A stretch of DNA of 64,000 bases from Lobosporangium transversale (GCF_002105155.1 NW_019028990.1:310001-374000); one strand, 5' to 3'; positions 40,135 through 54,328 are shown, counted from the first letter of the stretch. Translations and numbers: made by a program. The notes: generated by a model from the letters alone, not told the origin.

Positions 40135-42344
40135 ATGACACAAGTTTCAAGAAACAAGAGACAAACATCCTCAAGCATAAACACAAAACTTCTTTTGGGA
40201 GGGCTCTCCATCCTCTTGATCGCGTCGCATTCTCATCTTTTTGTAAACGCACAGCAAACATACAGCCAGGGTAAATAGAGCCCATGTTTCTTTTTTTTTT
40301 TTTTTTTTAGCTTGTTTGTTTGTTTGTTTGCTTGAGTAAAAGTGTACGTACATTCAATAGAATAATAACTAAGTTCTTCTTCTCTGTCACAATCTTAGGA
40401 AATAGCAATAGTGGATACAGCAATAATAATAAGAACAATAATCAGGCTTCATTAACAGCAGAAATAATTTCACCAGTAGTGGACAAATCATCATCACCAC
40501 TTCTTATCAAGATCCCAATTATTAATGGTGTAGCTACGCCTTTAAATGCGGACGAGATTGTAGCCATCTTGGATCAGAACCGACAAACTCTATCCGACAA
40601 AGAGCAAGACAACAAACAAAATAACAATGACAAAAGAATAGAAACAGAAGGAGGAACGGTCTATTATGAATTAGATCATAAGGTGCCTTCAGCCAACGTC
40701 TTTGAAGCTATGTATCTGAGCCGAGGTAGTACAAATACCAAAGAGAGGAGATCAGACATTAAGGAGAAAAGGCGAACGTTAAGACGCTCCTTAGTAGACG
40801 AAAGCTTGGCTGGTATGGAGGCTAAAGTAGAGAGAAGGTTATTGATTAGCAAATTACTACAACAACAGCAACAACAACAGCAACAACAACAGCAACAACA
40901 ACATCAACAACAACACCAGCAGCAGTACCAGCAAGGAAGCCTTTCTAATCACATCTATAAACATAACTTGGGGCCAGAGCCAAGCTCGCAGGATACCATA
41001 CCGGAGAGTAACAACGGTATTAGCAATGCTGGCCTCAACAGCCCTTCTCTCAAGGATGTACTTGTTGCTGTGGATGAAAACCCACTTATCCTTCAAGCAT
41101 CTGGGAAACATGGTGCCGTCGAAAGTAATCGAAGAGCTAAATGGAATTGGCTACCATTACTACAAAGTGATCCAATTCTTGTTGAATCAAATGGCGGAGC
41201 AGTGGAAGGAGTGGGAAGGAAAGAAGGGAAGGACAATGATGACGATGATTTTGAAGAAATAATCGTCCCTGAAGGATTTGAAGGTGATGAGGGTAGCGAG
41301 GAGACCAGCAATGATGATAATGACAACAAAATCAATGTCAGAGCTTCTTCTGGTTCGATTACCTCGCGTGGTTTGATCCCTTCTGTCTTAGGAGCACACC
41401 ATTGTACACCCCAATTCTGTGTCAATGTCTCATTATCAGACGATGCCAAGTTCGCTACCTTCCATATCGAACGCCCACTAAAAGAAACTGGATGGATCTC
41501 TCTCGGAATAGGATATGCAATGACCATGGCAGATCTCTTGATCTTTTGGCCCAATCCTTCAACAGAAAACGGGGGTGGTCCTCGAGGAGTCACCTTTTCA
41601 CGCCGGACAAGCCATGCTTATGTAGAACCACAGCCGGTTGGTCAGTCAAGCCACCGTCGTGGAGATGATGACGACAGCACCAACGATCTAGGAGATAATG
41701 AAGCAGAAGCAAGTTTATACCCTCCAAACGAATATATTCTACATAATGCAAACTCAGTTGCTAATTCAGAAGCGATCAAGATCTTCCCCGACAGCAATCG
41801 ATTCATCGTTCAATTTACCCGTCCAGTCCAGATTAAAAACACGGCCTTCAAGCTGACACCGGGTGAAGAACAGGATTTCTGCTGGGCTTATTCTCCACAA
41901 CCAATCTCTCCTGATTCAGTCGCAGATCCTGCAGCCCATATCTCTCAACATTTAAGTGTAGGAACTTTCGCATTGGACGTAGGCGCAAACCAGCCGCAGC
42001 TGAAGGATGCTATCTTGATCCAGAAACAAGAACAAGAACAACTGGACGCTGCTGAGAAGGAACGCACGAGGAAAGAACAAGAAGCGGCCAATAGAAGAAT
42101 TGAAGGACAAGAAACTGGAGCTGAAGCTGGAGCTGGAACTGGAGCTGGAGCTGGAACTGAAAAGGATAGAGATTACTATTCAAGCAAATATCGTCCTCCT
42201 CATGGTTCAACAATGGATAGCAGCAGATCTTCTGATGCTGCCAGTTTGACAGCTTGGTTAGTGAGTCTCGGCAATGGGCGCTCGATGGCATTACAAGCGT
42301 CCTCATGGCTGATAGCTTTGACCCTAATGTACCTTTTTCGTTAA
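40135..42344 (+). CDS. Secreted, probably GPI-anchored DOMON (CDH-cytochrome-like) domain protein; exons 40135-40270, 40399-42344
   Basis: Exon 1 encodes a signal peptide (..LLLGGLSILLIASHSHLFVNA-QQ); DOMON-like core GWISLGIGYAMTMADLLIFWPN..QFTRP..CWAYS..QH; hydrophobic C-terminus. Confidence 0.8.
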
Positions 42345-42524
42345 GTGCATTTTGTTGTTTTTACAGAGACAACTTATTGCCACGCAAACTCAAGAAGTCC
42401 TTGTGCTACGTCCGTTGTGAAGTTATAATAGCGAGAAGCAATCGTAGAATAAATTAATTTAAATAAACAGATACGCACATTATTTTTTATTATTATTATT
42501 CTTATCGCTATCCTCCATGTATGT

Positions 42525-45500
42525 TTATATCGAGTTGCGACGGATACGTTTGGTCTGACGTCCTTTGTCGGTTTCGTTAGCAACCAAGATGTGGTTCAGT
42601 TTTCCTTCTTTAGTCCACTTTTCCAGCATCTCTTTGCCATACTCATACCCTACTTCACAAATTTCCAAGAACCTAGAAAACTCCAGAGTACCATACTCTT
42701 GAACCGGTGGCTTTATGTAAAACACTCCTGGCGTAGTTTTCGCAGCCTCCAGTTGCTTCACACTCGAGACATAAGCTAACTTGGATTGCAAATCCGCCAA
42801 ATTAGGGATGTTTCGGTACATGGTTGAGAACGGATTCCAACGATTCAACAGAACCAACCATCCTGACAAACTATCACCATAATGCTGTAGCGTGGTATCA
42901 TCATCGCTTCCTACATCTACTGCAAAGACAGTGTTGGCTCCCAAGGATTGCATAAACTCGACCGGCAAGTTATCCATATATCCTCCATCGACTAACATGT
43001 GTCCATTATCGCAGAGTGGCGGCAAGAAGCCTGAAAGAGACATTGATGCACGAATATACCGCCATGCGTAGCCCGCTTGATGAATCTCCATCCTCGAAAA
43101 CGTAATGTTGGTTGTGTTACAATAATATGATAACCAAAAGTCCTGTATTTGTGTGTCACTAAAGCATTTCCAGATACCTCGGTTGAATGCATGTCCTGTG
43201 GTCCAGGAAGTCACTGGATATGTGAAGTCGGCCACCATTCGCCACTTAGCTGCCATACGACCCGCGAACATCTTTGCTCGTCCAAAGATAGCCACATTGT
43301 CAGACTCACGTGCATACAACCCTCCAATAAATGCTCCAATACTTGTACCGCCCACAATGTCAATCGGGATCCCGGCTTCTTCCAACGCTCGGATCACACC
43401 AATATGAGCAATACCTCGAGCGCCTCCACCTCCAAGAACCAATCCCACTGTTCGACCTGTCAACCGTCTCGCCAGTCTTGCAAAATCGCTCCTGTTCCCT
43501 GTGAACGCTGGGCTCTTTTGAACATTATTGTGTCGAATGTTGGTATAAAACTTTTCAAGATGGTCCTTCAAGTTCATGATCGTCTTTTTTCGTGATGTCT
43601 CTCCAAGCATTGTCGGGCCTTTGACTGACATTTGGACATGATGATGTGCATGTACCCATATCCTTGATTTCAACCAAGCTGCTGTAGATCCTGGTAAACA
43701 ATGTCGCTGGGCATGCAGCAACACCAATTCCTTTCGCGCGGTCGTTTTCATACTAACCAATAACCTCTCATAATCACCCACAGTAGGATCTCCATCTCCA
43801 TGGCCCACCAACAAGATGCAATCAGCTTGTCGGATACATGTCTGAGTCCAGGGTGAGGTCAATCCTCCGTCTGCAAGATACAGCACAATTTGTGCAGTCT
43901 CTTCTTGCTCAGTCAACCAGTTATCTAATTTCAGCTTTCCAATCTTTGCGAAAGCATGCTTCCCCAACAAATTCATCACCGTACTATGATTCAAAAGCGT
44001 ACAAGTCGAGCCAATTCCAACCAGAGCAGCCTTCAGGCGATCTGCAAACTCATTCACGGGCACATTTGGTGACACAGGCAAGATACCGATCGTCCTCAAA
44101 TTCGAGTTATTAATTGCAGAATCAGGCGTCACTCCCACGGACTTTGGATTATTAATCAGCGCATCACTAGCACGCTGAGCAATCAATCTTGAGATCCGGA
44201 TTGTGATCTCGGGATGACGATATGCCAACGCATTAAACAAGGTTCTAGGCATTCGAGCCACTTCTGAATCACGAATCGCATGGAGAGTTGAAGGAAACGG
44301 TGACCCCATTAGCACTTCCATCTCCCCTACAGATTCTCCTTGACTGTATTCATTGAGAATTTCAATCTTGCCAGGCTCCTTTTCGTTGATCGTACGCAAA
44401 CGACCATTCAAGACAATATAGATCGAGTCGCAATCATCACCTTTCCGATGGAGCACCTGACTTGCAGATACCTGCATCCACTCCATTGCATAATCCAAAT
44501 GTAATACTAAAAAAAGGAATACAACATTAGAGCGAATGGAAAAAAGGAATTGTACAGCTGTATGAAATACTGCAAGTAGTTGAAGATATCAATTTTAGTG
44601 ACTTTTTACTTACCAATAGGAGATACCACGGTGATCAGACGCTTGGCAAGTGTCAATAAGATTGTGGGGTTACGTTCCATGACACGATCCAGTGCTACTT
44701 TGGACAGATATCCTACATAGGCATTTGTTCGAGCCGTGATCGTCACGAATGATGGATATCCAGAGAGTGCAGACAAATAACCTGCTAACCCTCCTGCTTT
44801 GATTGAGAATAGTGGGTGTGGTTCATTTCCGCCATGACGATGAGTTCCTGACATGGACGTCCGCGAGTTTCCATTGCCATTAGGCTGATTTTGATAGCGT
44901 GGCGACTTCTTGGTCGATGATGTTTGAGAATGCACAGCGGACGGTCTAGGGATGTGAGCCTTCAAGTCAAGCGACGAAATATGGTGTCCAAACATATTTC
45001 TTGGAGAATCATTAAGGTGGCTACCACTGATATTGCTATTATTCATTCCTGGAAGTTTAGCGTCTTGCTTAGGACTTATTGAGACGTCCAGTACACCATC
45101 AATCACAAAGAACAACCCTGCATTTCGCTCTCCTTCCTCGACCAGCTTAGCTCCAGCTGGGAAGTACATGATCTCAACATCATTCTCCACTTCACTCATG
45201 ACTGATGGTACTGTCGATGACGAGTTGGATGTTGCAGTAACATCATCTGGACCAACACTCGCTGTATCCGAATTAGTGTTGGAGTTAGTCTTCCTCATCG
45301 GATACCCTCCTCCCACGAAGCCAGTGTTCGTACCAATACCTCCTCCCCCATTTATATTGGCTTGAAGGACTGCAGAGAAGTAGTCCGAGTTGCCCAAGGG
45401 CTTTGGATCTGGACGTAAGCTAGTATTGCTGGGCTTGTGGGAAGGCATCTGAACAAGGCCGATACTTCGAGAAAGACACTCCATAACTTGGTCACGCAGA

Positions 45501-47695
45501 TAATTATCCTCCTCTTCGTTGCTGTCTCCCATCAGAGCCGAAAATCCTGATCCATGGCGCACATGCTCGCTACTCTCGGCAATAGACGACAGGGAGTTTG
45601 GACTGGGGACAGCTGGTGAGTTATCGCCCGGATGTTTACCATGCTAGGAAATCAAATTTATACATTTTTTTTTTTTTTAAAAAAAAAAAAAGAAGATTGC
45701 CAGATTAGGTTTGTGGGTACTTGAATAAAGAATGCTCATCAACGTGCATAAATATTGTAGTTTAAAAAAAGCATGAAAAAGCTAAATAAAACAAGAACCT
45801 GCATGCCAAATGAGGTATAACAATGATAATTATGATAATAATGTGTATTTTACCAAATGACTGGCGGCTCCATTGCGCGATTTCCTAATTCGGATCGCAA
45901 TAGGCTGGTCATCATCCTCATCACTCTCCTCGCAAACAGTGCTAAACTTAGCTTTTAGATACTCCATAGTCCTGGGTCTGAAAAAGTTGGGCGGTAGACC
46001 ATAGCTTCCAATCTCATTGATGGATCGTTCCATCCGCAATAGTTCTTTGGTCAGGCCAAGGTACTTGTGTCCTGTCAATAGGGTCACGCGCTGAAAACGA
46101 ATCAAAATCACCTGCACAATATGAGCTGCAGCTTGCGGAAATTTTTGTGTCAGACGATGAAATGCTTCTGCAGGAATGACCGCAAGCGTCGTATCGACCA
46201 TGGCCTTCGCCACAATTACCCGGCGCTTCATTTTGGATGCTTGGTACTGTCCCTGTCCTTGCCCTGATGTATCTGGGGAGGTGAGCTTAGGAGAGCGATC
46301 TCTGCTGTCTCTGTCCTGTGAATTTCGTCTATCTTGTTCTATGCTCTCAAAGCCGTGAATATACCTCTGGCGAGGGGTCTTATCACTACTCTCAGGTGAT
46401 TGTAAGTTTCCTCCCATGTACTGCTCGTCACCATCGTCTTCGCTTTCATCGTTGTTTTCAAATACGGTTATGTGATCCGGATTAGAGAGTGGACTGGTTG
46501 CTGTGTGGATGGTGTTCTTGGCTCGAAGCCCAGGTGAGTACTTCCATTTACCGGAACCAGCAGAGCTTGAGCCTCCACCATTTCCACTTGTACAGCCCTC
46601 ACACCGCTTTCGTTCTTCTGAATGGGATAGCTGTTCTCCTGAAGACATCCCAAAAGCAGTGGCAGCGGGGTTAGTGTTAAGATCCTCACAGGTGCAGTTT
46701 GGATTGTTACCGGATCGGATTAACCTTGAATCTGAACGCTTGAACTCCTTCAAGGGCTCATCCTCATGCCTTAATTTCACATTTTCTGTAAATAGCAACA
46801 AGATTGTGAATAAACTGCTGAGCGTGCCGCCGTTTTTGACTTCATTCAACAGTTGATAACCGTGATCTGGATCATCATCCCAATAAGTCGTGGCGTGATC
46901 TTCGTCCTCTCCATCTTCCTCCCTAGGTATTTGTTCATACACTTGTACACAGCCATCGACCACAATATAGAACGATCGTTCCAAATCCGGGCTTTGTAAA
47001 ATGGTATCTCCAGCAAGCATGCGTCGTGTCTGAAGATGCCTGGCCAATTCGTGGAACACAGGTTGCTCGAGATATCCGAAAATTTTGATGCTGGAGAGAA
47101 AAGCGCTCAAAAATTCGTCCGGGTAGCTCATCCCCCCTTTTTCTTCTCGAGGACTCTTGAAAGGATTATCTGGATGCAAATCGAAAGAGGACACATGCTT
47201 GCCTGGATTCGTCTCTGGCAGACGTGAGTACTTTGTAAGGATTCGATAGCGGATCACAGCCCATATGACAAAGCAAAGGATCGCAATGGCGATCAGAACT
47301 GTCGTGAAGGTCAGGTGAAGTGTAAATGACCATGAGAGAAGACGGTAGATATAAGTTGGCAACGTAATGGTCATGAAACTAAGAACTGAGAATGAGAACG
47401 AAAAGAGCGATCGCAACAAAGGCAGAGTGCTAAATGAAGAGACAGATTCGACCGAAGCATGGGGATGAGATGGATGATATGGATCTGTGTGTGCGTGTAC
47501 GTTGTTGTCTTTGGAAGGACCATGATCAGGCAAAGAAGAGACAGCTGCAGTTGCTTCTACAGCTGCAACAGTGAGAGTTGAGGATGCTTTTGCAAGGATC
47601 TCAAGGGCAGTATCGGATGCTTTTGCTAGCAAGCTACTGATGGCTGTACCATCGTTGTGGACCATCCGCGACAGTGATTCTGGCGCGGTATCCAT
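42525..47695 (-). CDS. NTE1: Lysophospholipase NTE1 (cNMP-binding domains plus patatin domain); exons 47695-45854, 45643-44614, 44506-42525
   Basis: N-terminal TM, FLSAFLSSIKIFGYLEQPVFHEL, LGGGGARG, GTSIG nucleophile, DGG motif, terminal RRNSI; junctions in frame. Confidence 0.96.
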
Positions 47696-48695
47696 GGATG
47701 AAGAGAAAGGTTTGTGTTGTGTTAGGGGTAAAGCGAGAGAGTACGTGCGTGGAAGCGTGGGAGCGTTTGGAAGAAATTGTGTGAAGGAGAAAGAAAGAAA
47801 AAGAAAGAAATGAAGTAAGGAATGAATGAGCAATGGAGAAATAAAGAAAAATGTGAGGTTTGAACATTGCTCTCTTTCTTTTTTTTTAATTGACCCCCCA
47901 ATGAACCATGCCATCATTCGGTAGTACACGCTCTCCCACAAGCACAAATGGATTGGTAAAGTCAAAAAATCAAAAAAGCTGTGAATTAAAATCCAAAGCA
48001 AGGCCGTTAGACTCAGGCACACACACCATTCGGAAGAAACAATTATTATAAACAGACCCGCACTATTTCACATTCGCTACTCATATCGTATTCATGTTCA
48101 CGGATGTTGATCCTCATTGATTTATTTTTCCCACTCACCATCTTTTCAGTCTCAGAAACTCTTACCTCTTCTGAGACCTCTTTGTGTTCCCATATGACGT
48201 AACTAAAGGTTTCCTTTACCAGCATCAATTCAATCATGATGATGAGTATTCTGGCGATAAATACTTAATACCCATATCCATATTCATCTTTGACATTTCT
48301 GCTCATGATACCTCTTGATCTTCTTGATCCGAGTAGGAGTAGCGTCAGTGGAAGTTGATGTTTGAAGACAACACCTTCACGAGCTTGCCATTAATTATTG
48401 GGGAATGTAAAACGAAACTTAAGGGTGGGTGTGCATACAAGGTACTGCCATTTTTATATCGTGACCAAATGTCTAGCACAGAAACAACCTACCCAAGCCC
48501 AGCAGATGACACCAGCAAACTACTCCTAGCACAAGTCTTTTCCTTTTTATTCTCATTTCAACAGGGACTTTGCAAAATTAGTCTCTGGTCCGAAGCGTCT
48601 AACCAGAGGCAACTGACCTACAGTGCAAAGTGCAAGTATAGTAAAAAAAAAAAAATCGATTGAGCTTAAAATAACAAATCACCACACAGTCCCAC

Positions 48696-51336
48696 ATGTC
48701 GACATCGGCGCCTATGCATGGCGATTTCGACTACCGTCAGGGGAGGCAAAGTAATGCCTTCTCACCAACTTCTTCCGACTCTTCTTTATCATCGAATACG
48801 TCCTCATCACCCTCCATGTCCGAGCTCGCTCTCTCACCCAAGACCAACCGCAAACTTTCCTTACAAACTTATCTCGTATCTTTGCCAGAGTGGACTAGTA
48901 CAACACGTCTGGTCTCACTCTACTCTGAATTCGACAAGCTCAAAGAGACTAATCCTTATGGGTATGAGGCTAATATCAACTGGTGGCGCTCTGTTATTTT
49001 GGGCGCGGCCCGGAACGGGTTCCTTTCCAATTACCAATCTTTTTCGCCAGTACTCTCTCCGCGTTATTTGCAGCAAGATCCCATAGCATCAGGAAGCTCG
49101 TCCAGATCCAATCCTACTTATGAAGCCACTGGAAACGCAATTGGTATTCTGGAACTCGATCTGGACCAGTTGGGCATTAAGTTTCAAAAGAATGGAAGGC
49201 GGCCAAGCTCGCTTCAAGCAGTTATGACAGAGATGACGAGGTTGGGCGAAGTTGTGCCACGGTCCGAATTTTTGCCTTGGGCAGGGGTTGGCTGGACAGG
49301 TTGGGTCTTTCATAAGGTTGTCAAGGCTCCGTTACTATGGAGCTTAAAACAGCTGAGCCTGTCGGATTCGAGCTCGTCACCAAGTTTCTCTGCATCGCCC
49401 ACATTAGCATCAACAGGCTTTGGCAATTCAGGAGGCGTTAGTGGTGGTTCCAATAGTAATATCAATATCGGAGGCAGTGCTAGTTCAACTGGGATGTTGT
49501 CTAGTAGCAATGGCTTAGGTTTAGGCCTTACATCCTCAAGCTCAACCTCGTCCATTCGCCGGGAAACCTACGTGATTCTCCCATTCGTGAAAGAGGCAGC
49601 AGCCAGGATCATTAAGCTTCAACAAGAATCAGCAGGCTACCATGCGTCCGAAAACTTAATGACTTTTACCGAATTTCGACAAAGGTTTTCCCGGACAGCG
49701 CTCTTGCCTCTCCAGAGGAAGCTTTCTAGAGACGAAACCACGGGTGCAGGATCCGTCCTTGTACTCACGGACAGGGATCTCGAGATTGTCATGCGATATA
49801 TGCAGTTTGAAATGAAAGTTCTCATCACAGGAAAACTTGATGTCAGTAAACATGACAATGAAGTACAAGAACACGAAATGGTACTAGGTTCTTGTCATTC
49901 AAAACAAAAGAAAATATACCACATGACTTTCTTGCTCTGTAAACCTATGATATATTATTTTATTAATTCCACCATTTCATTAATGTGTACTTCATCCTTT
50001 ACTTTTTTCTCAACCTGTGCATCTGCCAGGTCATCAAATTTGCAACAAAGGATATTATTCGGAACAAATCCAAACAAGAGATTACGGCAGCTGATCGCGG
50101 TATTATTGAGCTACGCGAGACATGCAAGCGACTAGATACTCAAGTTCAGGATATCGAGGCTCGAATTATAGAGTATGCTGCTATATATTGTGTTACTGCA
50201 TCTTGACATATCCAGACGCTGTATGGTTTGCTGACTCCTTTGACACATATTCCAATAGGCTAACTGAAAAGGCGAGATCTTGCGTCAGGAAGAATCAAAG
50301 GTCACAAGCAGCTTTTGCTCTGCGCCAGCGCAAGAACCTGGACGATGTTCTGAACAAACGAATCAAGTCGCTCGACACTATTTCATCAATATTGTTCAGG
50401 ATTCAATCCTCAGAAACGGATGCTGAAGTTCTACAGTCATATAGACTAGGTGCTAGTACTCTGGAATCAGTTATGGCGTCCAAAGACCAAAATGGACGAC
50501 AGTTGCTCAGCAGAGACAATGTCGAGTCTACCATGGATCGTCTTGCCGATGTCTTTGCAGATCAGGAAGAAGTGGACCAAGCAATGAATGAGGGAACTGA
50601 AGTATTACTTCAGAGTACAGCATCTAATGGTATGGACGAGGACGAATTGATGGCAGAGCTGGATGCATTGATGGAGCAAAAGACTACGCCTGAAACTGCT
50701 AAGGATACAAAGAATACGGCAGAGGCTCTTAAGCATGTCAATTCTGAAGTGTTGGTGCCAACAAGCAGTACATCTCCTCCTATTCCAGCAAGTGAGTTCA
50801 TGCCAACCTCGCCATCGCGTGCACACAGCTCCAGTTCCATACCTACTCCAGGCAAACGTGTTGCCGAAGTACCGGAACAAGCCTTTGTTAAACAGCGCAA
50901 AGTTAGTCAGTCAAGGGTGCACTCGCAGCGTAGGGACAGCAACGATCACAATGTTATTTCCACTGAAGATCAACCTAGTATTTCTGTAACAGATAACGCT
51001 GGTGCGGAATATGTAGCAGCTGGATCGCCACATGATATTAAGCATTCGGAACAAGAGCCAAGTGCATCTTCGAGGATGGAGACTGACCACGCGCACGCGT
51101 CTGACTCGGTTACAGGCCAGCTACAACGACCAATATTAAGCCAAGTTGCTTCCGAAGGTTTGTCGACGCAAGAGGAACGTGATTTGGATGCAATGTTGAG
51201 CGAGCTAGAGAACATTAAGGCGCCTGAAGAGGACATCCAGATGGAGAAACCGCTTTCCAGTACTGAGAATAAGACCACTGGAAAGGAGCCACTGAAGAAG
51301 ACAAACCAAGAGAGAAGGGTGATGGAGTATAGTTAG
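48696..51336 (+). CDS. CHMP7: CHMP7/Chm7/Cmp7 ESCRT-II/III hybrid; exons 48696-49880, 50030-50172, 50259-51336
   Basis: RLVSLYSEF..NPYGYEANINWW winged-helix start; Snf7-like core (ALRQRKNL..LDTISSILFRIQSSETDAEVLQSY..DEDELMAELDAL). Confidence 0.9.
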
Positions 51337-51493
51337 AAAATTTTAGTATTGTTTCAATAGTGTTGTAGTTTTGTAATCAATTGTAGAGTATAGTTTTGCC
51401 CCTTAAAAAGCTTTTCCTTTTATTTTTTTCCTTTTGGATCTGACGAAGCATTTGTCAAAGAACACAATTCTCTTCATTTCAACTGACATCAAC

Positions 51494-51957
51494 ATGGAGC
51501 CCTCAAAGTTTGAACGCGCCAAGGTCGGAGCCATGATGGGTGGTGCTGTCGGTCTCTGCATCGGTCTTGTCTTTGGCGGCTTCTCTGTCCTTCGGTATAG
51601 TAGTATATTACGTGACACATATATATAACGCGACTCGATAGAGTATAATAATCAAACATCATTTTCTAATTTTTTATTTTTTATTTTTATTTTAGAAACG
51701 GACCTGGATCGCGTGGATATGTAAACACGCTTGCCCAGACCATGATTTCATCGACAGCTACTTTTGCATTTTTCATGGCTATCGGATCAGTGATCAGGAG
51801 TGAAGAGGCAACAGCGATCGATTATGCAGCACTGGATCAGAATCATGGGAAAAAGAATCTATTTGGTGGAGCCAAGTGCTTCAGAACTCCACCCATCGTT
51901 ATCCTTCAGCGACAGCAACAGCAACAGAAACTGTTGGATCAACAACAGCATCAGTAG
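51494..51957 (+). CDS. MGR2: Mgr2/Romo1 mitochondrial inner-membrane protein; intron 51595-51695
   Basis: PSKFERAKVGAMMGGAVGLCIGLVFGGFSVLR-NGPG..TFAFFMAIGSVIRS matches the Romo1 pattern. Confidence 0.93.
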
Positions 51958-52415
51958 TAATTTTTGGAGAAAAGCAGAAGTAGTGGTAGCCACTTGAAGT
52001 ATTTGTACATAGACCTCTCTGTTTAAAAGGATTAAAAAAAAATAAAAATAAAAAAAAAGAATGTCTTCATATTTAGCATTAGAAGCTTTTTTCAAGACCC
52101 CATGTTCTGCCTTCCGTACATACGTTATCCGTTGAGAGGCAACGGGATGAGGGCCTTTATGAGATTAAACATGGCAAAAATACATGAAATATTGATTTGA
52201 ACTAATATTACGGAACATTGGCAGTGAATAGGAGAATGGTCTTCCTTTTATTTCCAAGCGTAATAAGAACAATAAGATTAATAATAGTCTTAGTAATGGT
52301 AGTGTAATAATAAAAGAGTTTCTTTTATTTGAATTTAAAAAGCTATGATTTACTAAGGTTGGAGAATCCATTACTTTTTGAGTTAATTGCGTTAATATTT
52401 TTTTTCATCCCCTAC

Positions 52416-53237
52416 TTATTTCTCTGCCTGTTCACTTGGTATACAGGTCTTCTTGTGATGCTTCCAGTCAGCGACTTGGCACGTCCGGGAACAATAAATT
52501 GCTTTCTTGCATTGATTACATCTCTTATGTCGTTCACCTCGTTCAGGGATACAACAATCTGGATGAGCACACTCCTTGAAGCCAACTTCACATCCTTCCT
52601 CTGATAAGTAGAACGTGATTCCAGCCCCTTTCCCTTTCTGAAAATCATCAAGGCTCACTGTAGGCAACACATTGCTCATGGGTCCACGCATAAGGCTAAC
52701 GTCGTATTCTTGAGCAAGGTTTCTGATGGTTCTGTCAAATCTCTTGACACAAATGGTTCGCGTCTGTCCTGGCGTAGTATTCTCCAACACATCTCGAAGC
52801 TTTGTCTCTCGGTGTTTGATATAGTTGGGGTCGATCCTCATCTCTGGCGTCGTTGCTTCTTCATTCATCCTCTGGACTCCATGAGGAATGGCTGCCGTAG
52901 GTGCTGAAGTAGCTTTTTTATCTTGACCCTTATTTACCTCGATACCACCTGTAGGATGATTCACTTTGGTGGGGTCAATTCCATATCGCCTCATAAAGGC
53001 AAACATTGTTTTCTCTGAGACCTTGTACCCAAATCCACCAAAGGGGTAGGTGTTTAGATCAAAGTATGCACCATCTCCAGTCGAGCAGACCTTTTCACAA
53101 ATACTATTGACTTCTTCGCTCGAGTTGCCCTTCCATTTCAGGCGCTCGTCATAGACAGATAAAAAATATCCTAAAAGTCCATCGTCATAGCCCCATGCAA
53201 TCTTGATGTTCCCTTCCTTCATTTCATGTCGAACCAT
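52416..53237 (-). CDS. Intronless 273-aa protein with a C-terminal MYND zinc finger
   Basis: CAHPDC..CNQCKKAIYCSRTCQVADWKHHKKTC; unassigned globular N-terminal domain. Confidence 0.85.
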   Translation of the reverse strand: MVRHEMKEGNIKIAWGYDDGLLGYFLSVYDERLKWKGNSSEEVNSICEKVCSTGDGAYFDLNTYPFGGFGYKVSEKTMFAFMRRYGIDPTKVNHPTGGIEVNKGQDKKATSAPTAAIPHGVQRMNEEATTPEMRIDPNYIKHRETKLRDVLENTTPGQTRTICVKRFDRTIRNLAQEYDVSLMRGPMSNVLPTVSLDDFQKGKGAGITFYLSEEGCEVGFKECAHPDCCIPERGERHKRCNQCKKAIYCSRTCQVADWKHHKKTCIPSEQAEK

Positions 53238-53693
53238 GATGTTTACTCTCTTTTATCGCTGATATTAATAACCAGAAAGTATTGTTAACATTCGATTAAA
53301 ATGAAGTTGCAGGCATTAGGATCATAATCAAACAGGGCTATACCTTGAAGATATTTTTGTCAATTAAAAGCAATGAATGAAGGGAAGTTGTAGAACAACA
53401 ACAAAAAAAAACTCGTTGAATATATATGTAAAAATTTTACTTCGCCAACAACTTCACGGAATACACTTGAAGAGGCGAAGTCAACAAGTCTGTTGACTTT
53501 GTGACCAGATAACAATTGTGCATTTCCACATCCCATCCAAAACATGTGATGCTTATAATTTGAAATTGATTTATTTCATAGTCTTTGGTTTTACAAAAAT
53601 ATTTCACATGACATGCACAGATAATAAGACACGGTTATCTTGTTGCATGTTCGGCATGTTCAAAAAGGACAAGCTATACATGACCACGGTAAG

Positions 53694-53796
53694 CTAAAGA
53701 CTACTTCCATTCAGAATCCTTGCATGATCACTTTCGGTATCTTCAGAGGTTCCCCATCTACAGAACAGGCGCGCACAACAGTAAAAAACAAACAAA

Positions 53797-53830
<34 letters not shown>

Positions 53831-54296
53831 AGAGGCGTTTGGAGGCAACACAAGTCCGTAAAATGCTTCAGAATGCTCCATTTGAACCAAGCTACTAACA
53901 TCCGGATAGTGTGATCATCACTTGCAGACGCGAACATCGTTGGATTGGCAAGGTTCCATGAGACAACTGTCACTGGCCCAGTGTGTCCATCCAGTGTCTG
54001 GATCAAGTTTCCGTTCTCGCGGTGCCAGATATAAATTTTTAAATCTTCGCTGCCGCTAATCACAAATCGCTCGTCCCATCCTCCAAAACAGGAACGGATA
54101 ACATAAAGCCCTTGCATATAGCCAGAGTATTTACGCACAATCCTTCCTTCAGTTAAATTCCAAAGATGCACTTCTCGGTGTAGTGGATGTTTTGCATGCT
54201 ATCAAGTTGTTAGTCGTATTACAATGGACGGATTAATCAAATTATTTGCAGTAATCGCCTTTCGCTGAAGATAATTTATAATAAAAGCAAAAAAAC

Positions 54297-54328
<32 letters not shown>

